Positions 53,116 to 61,608 of a stretch of 61,608 bases of DNA are shown here, in pieces (position 1 is the stretch's first letter; each line of letters starts with the position of its first letter). The stretch lies in NCBI GenBank assembly GCA_002403385.1, contig DHHR01000079.1, forward strand, positions 1 through 61,608. The letters are read 5' to 3'. The position numbers and the translations under genes are program-made. The DNA is from Syntrophaceae bacterium UBA4767 (GTDB lineage: Bacteria > Desulfobacterota > Syntrophia > Syntrophales > UBA4767). The notes under the pieces were generated by a model that did no database searches, was not told the DNA's origin, and saw nothing but the letters and a program-made list of their open reading frames with translations.

Positions 53116-55407
53116 TCAAGCTTCTGAAACAGGCAGTTCAAAAGCAACTACTGTTCCTTTCGGGATATTGTCTTTTACATTGATCTGTCCATGGTGGTCC
53201 GATATTATCGAACTCACGATGGCAAGCCCAAGACCTGTGCCGGAACGTTTTGTAGAAAAGTATGGTTCAAACATCTTCATTTTATAGCCGGCAGGGACAC
53301 CGGAACCATTATCCGCAACTTCAACAATAGCTTTTTGATGAACGGTATCGTAAGATGTGGCGACCTTGATTTGGCCGGTTCCATGAAGGACCGCAGCAAC
53401 GGCATTATCCAACAGATTAACCATCACTCGATTAATCTGTTCCGAATCGAATTTCAACTTAGGCATCGTCGTGTCCTGCTCAATATCAAAGCGGATATCT
53501 TTATGCGCTTCTTGAAAAAGGGCTATGGAATCGGCAACAACATTATTCAAATCGTTTATTTCCGGTTTTGTAATGGGCATGCGGGCATATTGTGAAAACT
53601 CATTGACCATCCTTTTTAAGAGCTCTACCTGAGCAATGATCGTTTCAGTACACTCACGAAACACAGCGCCATCATCCCCCAATTTATCGGCATATCTTTT
53701 TTGCAATCTTTGGGCAGATAATTGAACAGGCGTAAGAGGATTCTTTATTTCGTGAGCCATCCTCCTTGCTACCTCCCGCCACGCCGCCGCCCGTTCCGCC
53801 TTCTGCAGTTGTGTGATATCTTCAAAAACAATGACCATCCCCCTGTCATTTCCATGATCGTCCTTTATGACCGTGGTCGTTATCAATACCGTCAGCACCT
53901 TATTTTTAAGTGTCAGTTCGATCTGTTTCTCAATAAATCCTTGCTTTTTCTCCTGCATTTCTTTTAACAATTCATCAGCCAAAATTTTGTGCTCCGGCAT
54001 CAGCACCTCATCATAGGGTCTGTTCATCACCTTTTGGGTTTTGATGTCAAGCATCCCCTCGGCGGCTCTGTTAATAGTGGTGATTACGTGATTTTCATCT
54101 ACAGAAATAACGCCTGTAGAAACATTCTTGAGGATTGCCTCCATATACTTTCCGTGTTGCTCAAGGTCCCTGTTGATCTGTTCCACTTTTTCCTTGTTTG
54201 CTTTCAGATCCTTCGTCATACGATTAAAAGAATCGACAAGAACCCCTATCTCATCATCAGCCTTTATATTGAATTGATGATCAAGATTCCCCTGCGCAAT
54301 TTTATGCGTCGCTTCAGCCAGATCCTGAATAGGGACAGTGATGCCTTTTGCCAAAAATAGGCCAAACCACGTGGCAGAAAAAACAATCAGGAGCGTCACA
54401 ATAGCTAAGGCGCCAATATAGCCTAATCTTATGGGTTTTTCTAACAGATTTAGCCGTCGGTACTGCTCGGATGTTTTCAATATAGAATTAATCTTTTCGC
54501 TCAGATTAGGAGGAACATAGTAAGTAACCGCCACAAAACCGATGACTTCTTTTGGCGTTAAAGAAGAATAAATAGGGGCCAAACCTTTGACCACCTCCCC
54601 ATTGCCTGACGAGTATACCATTGATACTTTTTCCTGTGTCGCGATCGGCACACCTATCATCTTAGTTCCCCCTGACGACTGTACCATTGATACTTCTTTC
54701 CCCGTAAAAATGTTTTCTACAATCTCCGGAGAAAACGGTTCAGGGGAAACATTTTGATGGTCAGGGTCACGGAAAACGAAATTTTCTTTCCGATTATCGA
54801 AATAAATTTCGATCATACCTAATTTAGAATTTTTCTGTTTCTTTTCGAGCAGGAGCCTCAGATACTGCTCTCTGCCGCTTTCATAGAGATGGTTTTCCGT
54901 AATATCCGCGCTCAGCTGACGTGCGCTATACTTTGCCCGTTCGGCTGTCTGCTCATAATAGATTTGAGCAATCTCAACCGTTTTGTTCAGGGTATCTCCC
55001 ATCACCAGGCTAAACCAATTATCTATGCTGGAAGACAAAAAGTTGATGGCAACAAAAAAAAGAATGACCGTCGGAATCAGGGATAAACTTACAAAAGCAA
55101 CAACCAGCTTTGTGCGGAGCTTCGAACCGATAATGCCATGCCTCCGTTCAAAGATAAGCTTAACAACATTTCGGATAATGAGAAAGATGAGCAGAATAAT
55201 GAGGATAATGTTGATATTGATCAATCCAAAAATAAGCACACTGTTTGAAATCTGGGGGGCGTTTCCCCTGTGAGACAGATAACTTTCCAGAAAAGAAAGG
55301 GCTACAACGACAACAATGGCAACAACGATGATAATTCCTTCTCTTTTGCGTTTTCTTTTTTCATGTAAATCAATATATTGCCGTTTATTCATCTTTACGG
55401 TAACCAT
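53116..55407 (-). CDS. ntrY: Sensor histidine kinase, NtrY-like (HAMP, PAS, HisKA, HATPase)
   Basis: GSKLRTKLV, WREVARRMAHEIKNPLTP.QLSAQRL, DNGSG, GTGLGL. Confidence 0.9.
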   Translation of the reverse strand: MVTVKMNKRQYIDLHEKRKRKREGIIIVVAIVVVVALSFLESYLSHRGNAPQISNSVLIFGLININIILIILLIFLIIRNVVKLIFERRHGIIGSKLRTKLVVAFVSLSLIPTVILFFVAINFLSSSIDNWFSLVMGDTLNKTVEIAQIYYEQTAERAKYSARQLSADITENHLYESGREQYLRLLLEKKQKNSKLGMIEIYFDNRKENFVFRDPDHQNVSPEPFSPEIVENIFTGKEVSMVQSSGGTKMIGVPIATQEKVSMVYSSGNGEVVKGLAPIYSSLTPKEVIGFVAVTYYVPPNLSEKINSILKTSEQYRRLNLLEKPIRLGYIGALAIVTLLIVFSATWFGLFLAKGITVPIQDLAEATHKIAQGNLDHQFNIKADDEIGVLVDSFNRMTKDLKANKEKVEQINRDLEQHGKYMEAILKNVSTGVISVDENHVITTINRAAEGMLDIKTQKVMNRPYDEVLMPEHKILADELLKEMQEKKQGFIEKQIELTLKNKVLTVLITTTVIKDDHGNDRGMVIVFEDITQLQKAERAAAWREVARRMAHEIKNPLTPVQLSAQRLQKRYADKLGDDGAVFRECTETIIAQVELLKRMVNEFSQYARMPITKPEINDLNNVVADSIALFQEAHKDIRFDIEQDTTMPKLKFDSEQINRVMVNLLDNAVAAVLHGTGQIKVATSYDTVHQKAIVEVADNGSGVPAGYKMKMFEPYFSTKRSGTGLGLAIVSSIISDHHGQINVKDNIPKGTVVAFELPVSEA

Positions 55408-55470
55408 CCTCTTCTCAAGTTCTCCAAGTTCTCAATGATTTTGCAATCCAGCTTATGGGACGGGCACTAA

Positions 55471-56049
55471 CTAATAGACGAATGGTTGACGATGCCATTT
55501 GGTTTCGAAATTCCATAGGGAAACAAAGGGGAAAAGGTATTCCAAATGCCACGGGAGCTTTTCTTTTTTAAGACCTGCCTTTATCATTACATAATATCCT
55601 TCGCCTTTCTTCAGGCAACGTAAGGAGGACAATGCCACACCATTTAATTCGGTCACGGCTGTCTTTGCTCTGGCAAAATCGTGAAAAGCTGTGAACTTTC
55701 CATCAGCCGAGAAAACATAGAAGGTTTGCCTCACCCTGTTATATTTAATGGTTTGGCTAATCTCTATGGCAGCCAACTTTTTATCCCACCAATATGACCG
55801 CTCTTGGTACAGATGTATGAAAAATGTGAATGTCGTTGGGATGCCGGCGAAGATGGCCTTCTCCATGTCCGTTGTAAAGCAATCCGTTACCTTTGCGAAG
55901 ACAAGAACACTATCCTCCGTGGAGGTCACCAGAAAATCCGTTATCTTTGCTTCAGTTTCAGAAGAATGAACAGGCAAGATCACCCAATAACAACATACAG
56001 CTATGACACATAAAAATAATATATACCGGAATTTCATAGAAATTTGCAT
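55471..56049 (-). CDS. DUF4390 family exported protein
   Basis: Signal peptide, GIPTTFTF.I.L...R.YWWD, WNFET; DUF4390 typically precedes ntrY. Confidence 0.8.
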   Translation of the reverse strand: MQISMKFRYILFLCVIAVCCYWVILPVHSSETEAKITDFLVTSTEDSVLVFAKVTDCFTTDMEKAIFAGIPTTFTFFIHLYQERSYWWDKKLAAIEISQTIKYNRVRQTFYVFSADGKFTAFHDFARAKTAVTELNGVALSSLRCLKKGEGYYVMIKAGLKKEKLPWHLEYLFPFVSLWNFETKWHRQPFVY

Positions 56050-56106
56050 ACCCCTCGCCGGTGAAATTGCAATCCCGCAATTTCCATCGCCCAGATTTTC
56101 TGGGCT

Positions 56107-56135
56107 ATACTAAAAAACTAACCGCAAAAAAGCAA
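56107..56135 (-). promoter_or_regulatory. Possible sigma70 promoter for DUF4390-ntrY-ntrX
   Basis: TTGCTT, 17 nt, TAGTAT on the minus strand. Confidence 0.45.
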
Positions 56136-56179
56136 GGTGCAAATAGGTAAGAAATAAAGGAAGAAAAAGGGGAGGTTCT

Positions 56180-57118
56180 TTAGGCATTCATTGCATCAAA
56201 AACCTTGAAAGACTGTCTTCTCAAGGAAGACATTTGCCCTGCATCTGCATTTCCTTCTTTAGAATAACGACTTACGACTGCATAATTTTCCTTGTGAGCA
56301 AAAAGCTCCTTCAAGAGAAGGTGGTTTAATTTATGCCCCGACTTATAAGCAATGAAATGTCCCTTGATCGGCATGCCTGTCAGGGATAGATCGCCGATTG
56401 CGTCAAGAATTTTATGCTTTACAAATTCATCCGCACATCTTAATCCTTCTTTGTTGATAACTGTCTTGTCGTTGAGCACCACCGCATTCTTCAATGACCC
56501 CCCGAGTGCCAGCCCTTTTGCTTGGAGATATTCTACATCTTTAAGAAAGCCAAAAGTTCGGGCCGCGCTAATTTCTGTTTCATAAGTGATGTCGGTTATC
56601 GTAACACTGTAAAACTGCTGACCAATAAGAGGGTGTTTAAAGTCAATTTTATAAGTAATTTTAAACGCAGGAAAAGGCAACAGCATTGCCGTTCCAGTAT
56701 AATCCGAAACAGAAACTACGTTATTGATGACTAATATCTTTTTATCTTTTTTCTGGGGCCTTGTGCCCACATCTTTCAAGAGACTAACAAACGGAAGGGC
56801 GCTTCCATCCATAATGGGAACCTCAGGTCCGTCAATTTCAACAATGGCATTATCCACCCCCATACCAGAAAAAGCGGACATTAAATGTTCAACTGTAGAA
56901 ACACTCGTTCCATTTATTCCGATGGTGGTTGCTAATGTGGTATCGGAAACATTTTCAAAACAAGCTGTTACCGCGCTATGTCCGGGCACATCTCGCCGTA
57001 TAAATACAATACCTTCATCGATTCCCGCTGGGAGAATCTTCATGTTAATCTTTCTGCCTGAGTGGAGACCTATTCCTCTACAAAAGATCTCACGTTTTAT
57101 AGTTCTTTGTAAGTTCAT
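56180..57118 (-). CDS. lpxC: UDP-3-O-acyl-GlcNAc deacetylase
   Basis: QRTI, GIGLHSG, TVEHLMSA, PIMDGSA, ARTFGF, HKILDAIGD, SGH. Confidence 0.98.
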   Translation of the reverse strand: MNLQRTIKREIFCRGIGLHSGRKINMKILPAGIDEGIVFIRRDVPGHSAVTACFENVSDTTLATTIGINGTSVSTVEHLMSAFSGMGVDNAIVEIDGPEVPIMDGSALPFVSLLKDVGTRPQKKDKKILVINNVVSVSDYTGTAMLLPFPAFKITYKIDFKHPLIGQQFYSVTITDITYETEISAARTFGFLKDVEYLQAKGLALGGSLKNAVVLNDKTVINKEGLRCADEFVKHKILDAIGDLSLTGMPIKGHFIAYKSGHKLNHLLLKELFAHKENYAVVSRYSKEGNADAGQMSSLRRQSFKVFDAMNA

Positions 57119-57174
57119 ACAAACAGAGAAAACCTTCCCACCTATTTTTTAAGTGTACATTTCATAGGCAGTAT

Positions 57175-57190
57175 AGCAATATTTACGCCA
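57175..57190 (-). promoter_or_regulatory. sigma54 (-24/-12) promoter upstream of lpxC
   Basis: Minus strand TGGCGTAAATATTGCT has exact GG-N10-GC spacing and matches TGGCAC-N5-TTGCW, about 57 nt upstream of the ATG. Confidence 0.7.
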
Positions 57191-57400
57191 CTTCCAAGAA
57201 AACAAGGATTTTATAAAGATATATGGTATAATATATTGAATATGCACCTCTTTTGCGAGGGAATATTTGATAAAATACATAAAAGAATCAGCATTGCCCG
57301 CTTTATATGTGTTATAACTGCCACACCACCAGATAAAAAACTTTCACTTCATGGCCGCAAAAGCCACCTTTATTGCTTTTTTATATGCCATTGCCGGCAT

Positions 57401-57940
57401 TCAACCGTTTTTCTTGTAAAATCTTTCTTTTTCACTAAAAATACAGCCACAATACGGTTGCCGGTACATCCCCCCATCTTTTCTGAAAATGTCCCGTCCT
57501 ATTTCCCAGCCTTCACGAAAGTCGTGATAAAAAAAAGAGAGCTCATATTCAGCGGCCAATTTCTGTCCGATAGTTTTGATCAACTCGTGCTTTTGGTACT
57601 TGCTGTATAGAAGTGTCGTCGTAAAAACCTTTAATCCTCCCCGTTTCGCAAATCCGGCAGCGTATTTTAATCGAGTATAATAACAATATGCGCACCTATC
57701 CCCCTTTTCCCCGAGGATGCCTCTCAAGAAGTTTTCTATGGGATAATCATCCGGACACTGAAGCGAAAAATTTTCCTGACCGGCGTAAGTCTTTAATGTT
57801 TCCAGACGTTTCTGATATTCAAGGTAGGGATGAATATTGGGGTTATAGAAGAGACCATAGATATCACAGCCGTTTGACCTTAATATCTTCAGTGGATATA
57901 TGGCGCATGGCGCACAACAGATATGTAGTAAAATTTTCAT
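57401..57940 (-). CDS. queH: Epoxyqueuosine reductase QueH (DUF208)
   Basis: LLHICCAPC, YNPNIHP..EY.KR, RCAYCY..RL, TTLL.S, YRQPYCGCIFS. Confidence 0.93.
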   Translation of the reverse strand: MKILLHICCAPCAIYPLKILRSNGCDIYGLFYNPNIHPYLEYQKRLETLKTYAGQENFSLQCPDDYPIENFLRGILGEKGDRCAYCYYTRLKYAAGFAKRGGLKVFTTTLLYSKYQKHELIKTIGQKLAAEYELSFFYHDFREGWEIGRDIFRKDGGMYRQPYCGCIFSEKERFYKKNG

Positions 57941-57976
57941 TTCGTAAAAAGAAAGGCCTTTACGCGGAGTTTTCCG

Positions 57977-58999
57977 CTAAAATAGCTCCTTCTGTTCTTT
58001 AACATTCCACTGCTTTCCGAAATGTTCGTACGCAATCCTTGTGGCGATTCTCCCTCTGGCGGTTCTCTGAAGATAACCCTCCTGGATTAAGTACGGCTCA
58101 TAGACATCTTCAAGCGTGCTTTTTTCTTCCCCGATGGCCGATGATAAATTATCGATCCCTACCGGTCCACCATCGAATTTATCGATCACCGTCAGCAATA
58201 TTCTTCGATCCATATGGTCAAGGCCCTTGTTATCCACTTCAAATTGTTCAAGCGCGCGGGCGGCCACTGCTTTATCAATCAAACCGTCTGCCTTAACCTG
58301 GGCAAAATCTCTTACCCGTCTAAGCAGGCGGTTTGCGATACGTGGTGTCCCGCGCGAACGCCTGGCTAGCTCTTTCGCCCCTTGTTCTTCAAGAGCAACA
58401 GACAGTATCCTCGCTGAGCGGTGCAATATAACGGAAAGCTCCGAAGGGCTGTAAAAATCAAAGCGAAAACTTATTCCAAACCGATCCCGCAGGGGAGAAG
58501 TTAACAAACCTGCCCTTGTCGTTGCCCCGATCAAGGTAAATCGTGGAATTTCCAGTTTCATGGAACGCGCCGATGGACCCTGACCAATAATTATATCAAT
58601 ATGATAATCCTCCATGGCGGGGTACAGGATTTCTTCAACGACATGAGGAAGCCTGTGGACTTCATCAATAAACAGGATATCATGCTCATGAAGGTTCGTC
58701 AGGATGGCAGCAAGATCACCCGGTCGCTCAATGACAGGCCCAGAGGTAACACGGATATCAACCCCCATTTCCTTGGCTAAGATATAGGCCAGGGTTGTTT
58801 TCCCTAAACCGGGAGGGCCATAAAGCAAAACATGGTCAAGGGCTTCACATCTTCCCTTCGCCGCTTGGATGAAAATTGAAAGATTGCTCTTGAGCTTTTC
58901 CTGTCCGATATATTCATCGAGGCTCTTCGGGCGGAGTGAAAATTCAAAAACCTTTTCCTCCTCAAGGCCGGCAGGACTTATTATTGAAGATGTTTCCAA
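57977..58999 (-). CDS. ruvB: Holliday junction branch migration helicase RuvB
   Basis: LRP...[36 protein letters not shown]. Confidence 0.99.
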   Translation of the reverse strand: METSSIISPAGLEEEKVFEFSLRPKSLDEYIGQEKLKSNLSIFIQAAKGRCEALDHVLLYGPPGLGKTTLAYILAKEMGVDIRVTSGPVIERPGDLAAILTNLHEHDILFIDEVHRLPHVVEEILYPAMEDYHIDIIIGQGPSARSMKLEIPRFTLIGATTRAGLLTSPLRDRFGISFRFDFYSPSELSVILHRSARILSVALEEQGAKELARRSRGTPRIANRLLRRVRDFAQVKADGLIDKAVAARALEQFEVDNKGLDHMDRRILLTVIDKFDGGPVGIDNLSSAIGEEKSTLEDVYEPYLIQEGYLQRTARGRIATRIAYEHFGKQWNVKEQKELF

Positions 59000-59043
59000 T
59001 AGTTCACATACCTGTAAAATTATTATAATTCTAACATATCAAA

Positions 59044-59658
59044 TCACATTCCCGACAAGGCATTAAGGGTCCTTTTCAACAATCCCTCCACGGTTACATC
59101 TTCCGGATACTGTTTCATTGTCTTTTCCAAAGCTTCCCTTGCCTGATGACTTTTATATCCCAGATTTATAAGCGCCGAAAGGGCATCTTCCTTTATCAAC
59201 TCTTCTGATGGCGCTGCCGCTTTTATAACGGCAGCCCCTCCTTCATCTTTCCGCAATTTCAGCGCCTTATCTTTCAACTCCAGGATGATTCTTTCTGCCA
59301 TTTTCTTCCCCACGCCGGGAATGCTGACCAGCCGCTGGAGATCACCTTCGGTAACCGCGCGAACCAATTCTCCTGCAGAAATACCGGAAAGGATATTGAT
59401 GGCCAGTTTGGGCCCGATACCCGAAACCGCAAGCATCAACTGAAAAATATCCCTTTCCTGTTGGGTATAAAAACCGAAGAGACTTATGGCATCCTGTCTT
59501 ACATGGGTATGAACATTTAATGTCACACTTTGGCCGATATCGGGAAGCTCATAAAATGTTGTCAAAGGAATGAAAACACAGTACCCCACGCCGTGGCTAT
59601 CCACAATGGCATGGGTAATATATTTATGAACCAGCGTTCCACTGATACGAGCAATCAT
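59044..59658 (-). CDS. ruvA: Holliday junction branch migration protein RuvA
   Basis: GVGY, LFGF, VSGIGPKLA, PGVGKKMAERI, ALINLGY. Confidence 0.98.
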   Translation of the reverse strand: MIARISGTLVHKYITHAIVDSHGVGYCVFIPLTTFYELPDIGQSVTLNVHTHVRQDAISLFGFYTQQERDIFQLMLAVSGIGPKLAINILSGISAGELVRAVTEGDLQRLVSIPGVGKKMAERIILELKDKALKLRKDEGGAAVIKAAAPSEELIKEDALSALINLGYKSHQAREALEKTMKQYPEDVTVEGLLKRTLNALSGM

Positions 59659-59676
59659 CCGGAAATCCTACTTTAA

Positions 59677-59799
59677 GGATCATCTCCCATTTAGTTAATG
59701 AAGAGGATTCAAGGGGCAAACAATCAAGGGAAAATTTTTTCTTTACTACTCTCGACTCCTCGAACTTTCTTAATCCATCAACTAATTCGGAGAAGAACC
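59677..59799. repeat. MITE-like element between ruvC and ruvA
   Basis: 24-bp imperfect TIRs GGATCATCTCCCATTTAGTTAATG / CATCAACTAATTCGGAGAAGAACC (19/24 complementary) around a degenerate stem-loop. Confidence 0.65.
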
Positions 59800-59830
59800 T
59801 ATTTAAAAAACCACTATGGAAAACGACAGA

Positions 59831-60310
59831 TCAACCAATTGCTTTGTTTAAATAATTAGCATGACAGATGGCGATGGCTAAAGCGTCCGAGGCATCCTCC
59901 GTCGGCAGTTCAGGAAGATTTAATATGGCCTTTACCATTTTCTGCACCTGACTCTTTTCAGCACGTCCATATCCTACAACAGTTTTCTTCACATCAAGGG
60001 GCGTGTACTCGAAAATCGGAATGGACGCCTTGGCCCCCGCCAAAAGGGCTACACCTCGCGCTTCTCCCTGCTTGACCAGGCTTTTAATGTTCTTACCATA
60101 AAACACATCCTCTATGGCAATGGCATCAGGGTTTATTTGACCGACAACATCCATAAGAGCATCATAAATCCTTGCCAAGCGGTTCGACAGAGCAAGTTGC
60201 CTGCTTAGCTTGATGTCCCCATAGAAAATGGCTTTTAACCCCCTTCCGCTTCGTTCAACAACGCCATATCCCGTAATCTGGCTTCCCGGGTCGATCCCTA
60301 AAATTTTCAA
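59831..60310 (-). CDS. ruvC: Crossover junction endodeoxyribonuclease RuvC
   Basis: ILGIDPG...TGYG, AIE, EYTP..VK..V.GYGRAEK.QV, DASDALA. Confidence 0.98.
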   Translation of the reverse strand: MKILGIDPGSQITGYGVVERSGRGLKAIFYGDIKLSRQLALSNRLARIYDALMDVVGQINPDAIAIEDVFYGKNIKSLVKQGEARGVALLAGAKASIPIFEYTPLDVKKTVVGYGRAEKSQVQKMVKAILNLPELPTEDASDALAIAICHANYLNKAIG

Positions 60311-60361
60311 GCTCGTCTTTTCAATTTGCTATTTTTATTTCAGGCAAACAAATGCGTCTGC

Positions 60362-61117
60362 TCAATACTGGGCTAATTTTTCCATAATCTCATCCGCTAT
60401 ATCGAAGTTGGCATAGACATTCTGTACGTCGTCATTATCCTCAAGCCTTTCCATAAGCTTGAGCATCTGCTCTGCCTTGATCGTATCCAGCTTAATGGTA
60501 TTTTTAGGAATCATGCTAATTCGCGCTTCAACACATTTGAGCCCCTTTTCATCAAGGGTCTTCTTAATTCCCTCAAACAACGCCGCATCCGTGATCACCT
60601 CAAATTCATTTTCTTCTTCCCGAACATCTTCAGCGCCTGCCTCCAGAGATATCTCCATCAGTTCATCTTCACTGACCTTCTTCTTATCATATAAGATAGA
60701 GCCCTTTTTTTCGAAAATCCAAGACACGCAACCATTCTCCCCCAGATTTCCCCCGTGCTTCGAAAATATGTGCCTTATTTCCGCCACCGTTCGATTTTTA
60801 TTGTCTGTCATTACCTCCAACAAGACGGCAACTCCTCCGGGGCCGTATCCCTCATAAACAACTTCTTCGTAATTTACCCCTCCTGCCAATTCACCCGTTC
60901 CCTTTTTGATGGCCCGGTCGATGTTATCCTTAGGCATATTTTCTTCTTTTGCTGCGAGGATGGCTTGCCTTAGCCTTGAGTTCCCTTCAGGGTCTACCCC
61001 TCCCAATCTTGCGGCGAGGCTAATCTCCTTGATAATTTTCGTAAACATCTTACCCCTTTTTTCATCAGCAGCCCCTTTTTTCCTTTTAATGGTGCTCCAT
61101 TTTGAATGTCCCGACAT
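60362..61117 (-). CDS. yebC: YebC/PmpR family protein
   Basis: [39 protein letters not shown]; precedes ruvC. Confidence 0.97.
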   Translation of the reverse strand: MSGHSKWSTIKRKKGAADEKRGKMFTKIIKEISLAARLGGVDPEGNSRLRQAILAAKEENMPKDNIDRAIKKGTGELAGGVNYEEVVYEGYGPGGVAVLLEVMTDNKNRTVAEIRHIFSKHGGNLGENGCVSWIFEKKGSILYDKKKVSEDELMEISLEAGAEDVREEENEFEVITDAALFEGIKKTLDEKGLKCVEARISMIPKNTIKLDTIKAEQMLKLMERLEDNDDVQNVYANFDIADEIMEKLAQY

Positions 61118-61327
61118 GTATCAGATTTCTCCTTATCAGATTCACCTTCTTAAAAATTACATAGCACATGGCAACAGATATTGTAAAATAAAAACCAAAG
61201 AAATTGGTAACGCTCAAAAGTCATGGCGCCAAAAGCCAAGCGAATTGGCTCAAATTTATCTTTGCTATACGAATTGCCTCATAAAAAATGTTACCGAAAG
61301 GAGAATCGGAAACGGAGGTTTATATAT

Positions 61328-61423
61328 ATGAGTCCACAGTCAAAAGAAGAGTATTTTGAAGTTCTTTATAAGCGATATAAAGAAGCAACCCGTAAAGAAA
61401 AGACAGTTATCATCACTGAATGC
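61328..61423 (+). pseudogene. N-terminal fragment of an integrase-core transposase, interrupted by a second IS
   Basis: MSPQSKEEYFEVLYKRYKEATRKEKTVIITEC after GGAGG SD resembles N-termini of rve-type IS transposases; upstream TTGCCTCATAAAAAATGTTACCGAAA looks like an IS end. Confidence 0.6.
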
Positions 61424-61429
61424 ACCCTC

Positions 61430-61608
61430 TGTGCCAATATAAGTGAGACACTTCCCACCATGTGATTTAGACTCTATAATAGAGGGTGGGAAGGAGAACC
61501 AGGGATGAAAAAGAAGGGGGTCATGTTAACCAACGCTAATGTTAAGATTGAGGAAATGGAAGGAGTCCGTAGGACGACTGGAATTTCCTCAATCGCCGAA
61601 CCACAGAG
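61430..61608 (+). mobile_element. Left end of an IS3-family element with orfA start (truncated by window edge)
   Basis: End-like TGTGCCAATATAAGTGAGACAC; AGGAG SD, then ATG 61505 MKKKGVMLTNANVKIEEMEGVRRTTGISS, resembling the EGARRATG leader of IS3 orfA proteins. Confidence 0.6.

Noticed and set aside
55411-55437. Short TTCTC(C)AAG triple repeat upstream of ntrY
   Set aside because: Too short and imperfect to distinguish from chance.
57236-57610. 124-aa plus-strand ORF upstream of lpxC
   Set aside because: Overlaps the queH 3' end antisense and the AT-rich regulatory region; no motifs.

Overview
About 61.6 kb of mostly core chromosome from an anaerobic Desulfobacterota (deltaproteobacterial) organism, most similar in my reading to Syntrophales (inference from gene content and order). 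It is bounded at both ends by IS3-family sequence, consistent with an assembly break at IS repeats. Minus-strand block: yceD-rpmF-acpP-fabF-rpiB-glyA-dCMP deaminase-nrdR-ribE-ribBA-ribH-nusB-leuS-lptE, converging on rpsT. Then yjbQ, murI-thyX-lipA-lpdA, a decayed IS3 carrying a nested MITE, and two CNNM/CorC genes followed by an N-terminal-only GlmU and dusB. Next come purD-purH-purE-tsaC, an M48/TPR protease, a TolC/MacAB-type exporter, an EamA transporter, and an orphan ParA with a small partner gene. After that: a stand-alone GlmU-C-like gene heading glmM-pyrG-dapF-dapL; dksA-priA-fmt-rsmB; an MBL hydrolase-purC-dnaJ block; lpxC-DUF4390-ntrY-ntrX; and yebC-ruvCAB-queH. I found no tRNA, rRNA or CRISPR array. 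The most interesting observations are: (1) GlmU is split into two genes about 20 kb apart, and the acetyltransferase-like half is divergent, lacks the canonical catalytic His and has a long extra C-terminal domain; (2) an orphan ParA with a translationally coupled unknown partner; (3) an archaeal-looking PurD; (4) two genes whose conserved N-termini need non-canonical start codons; (5) a sigma54 promoter on lpxC next to NtrYX; (6) three different MITE-like elements. All calls come from motif recognition by eye, and no database searches were run.
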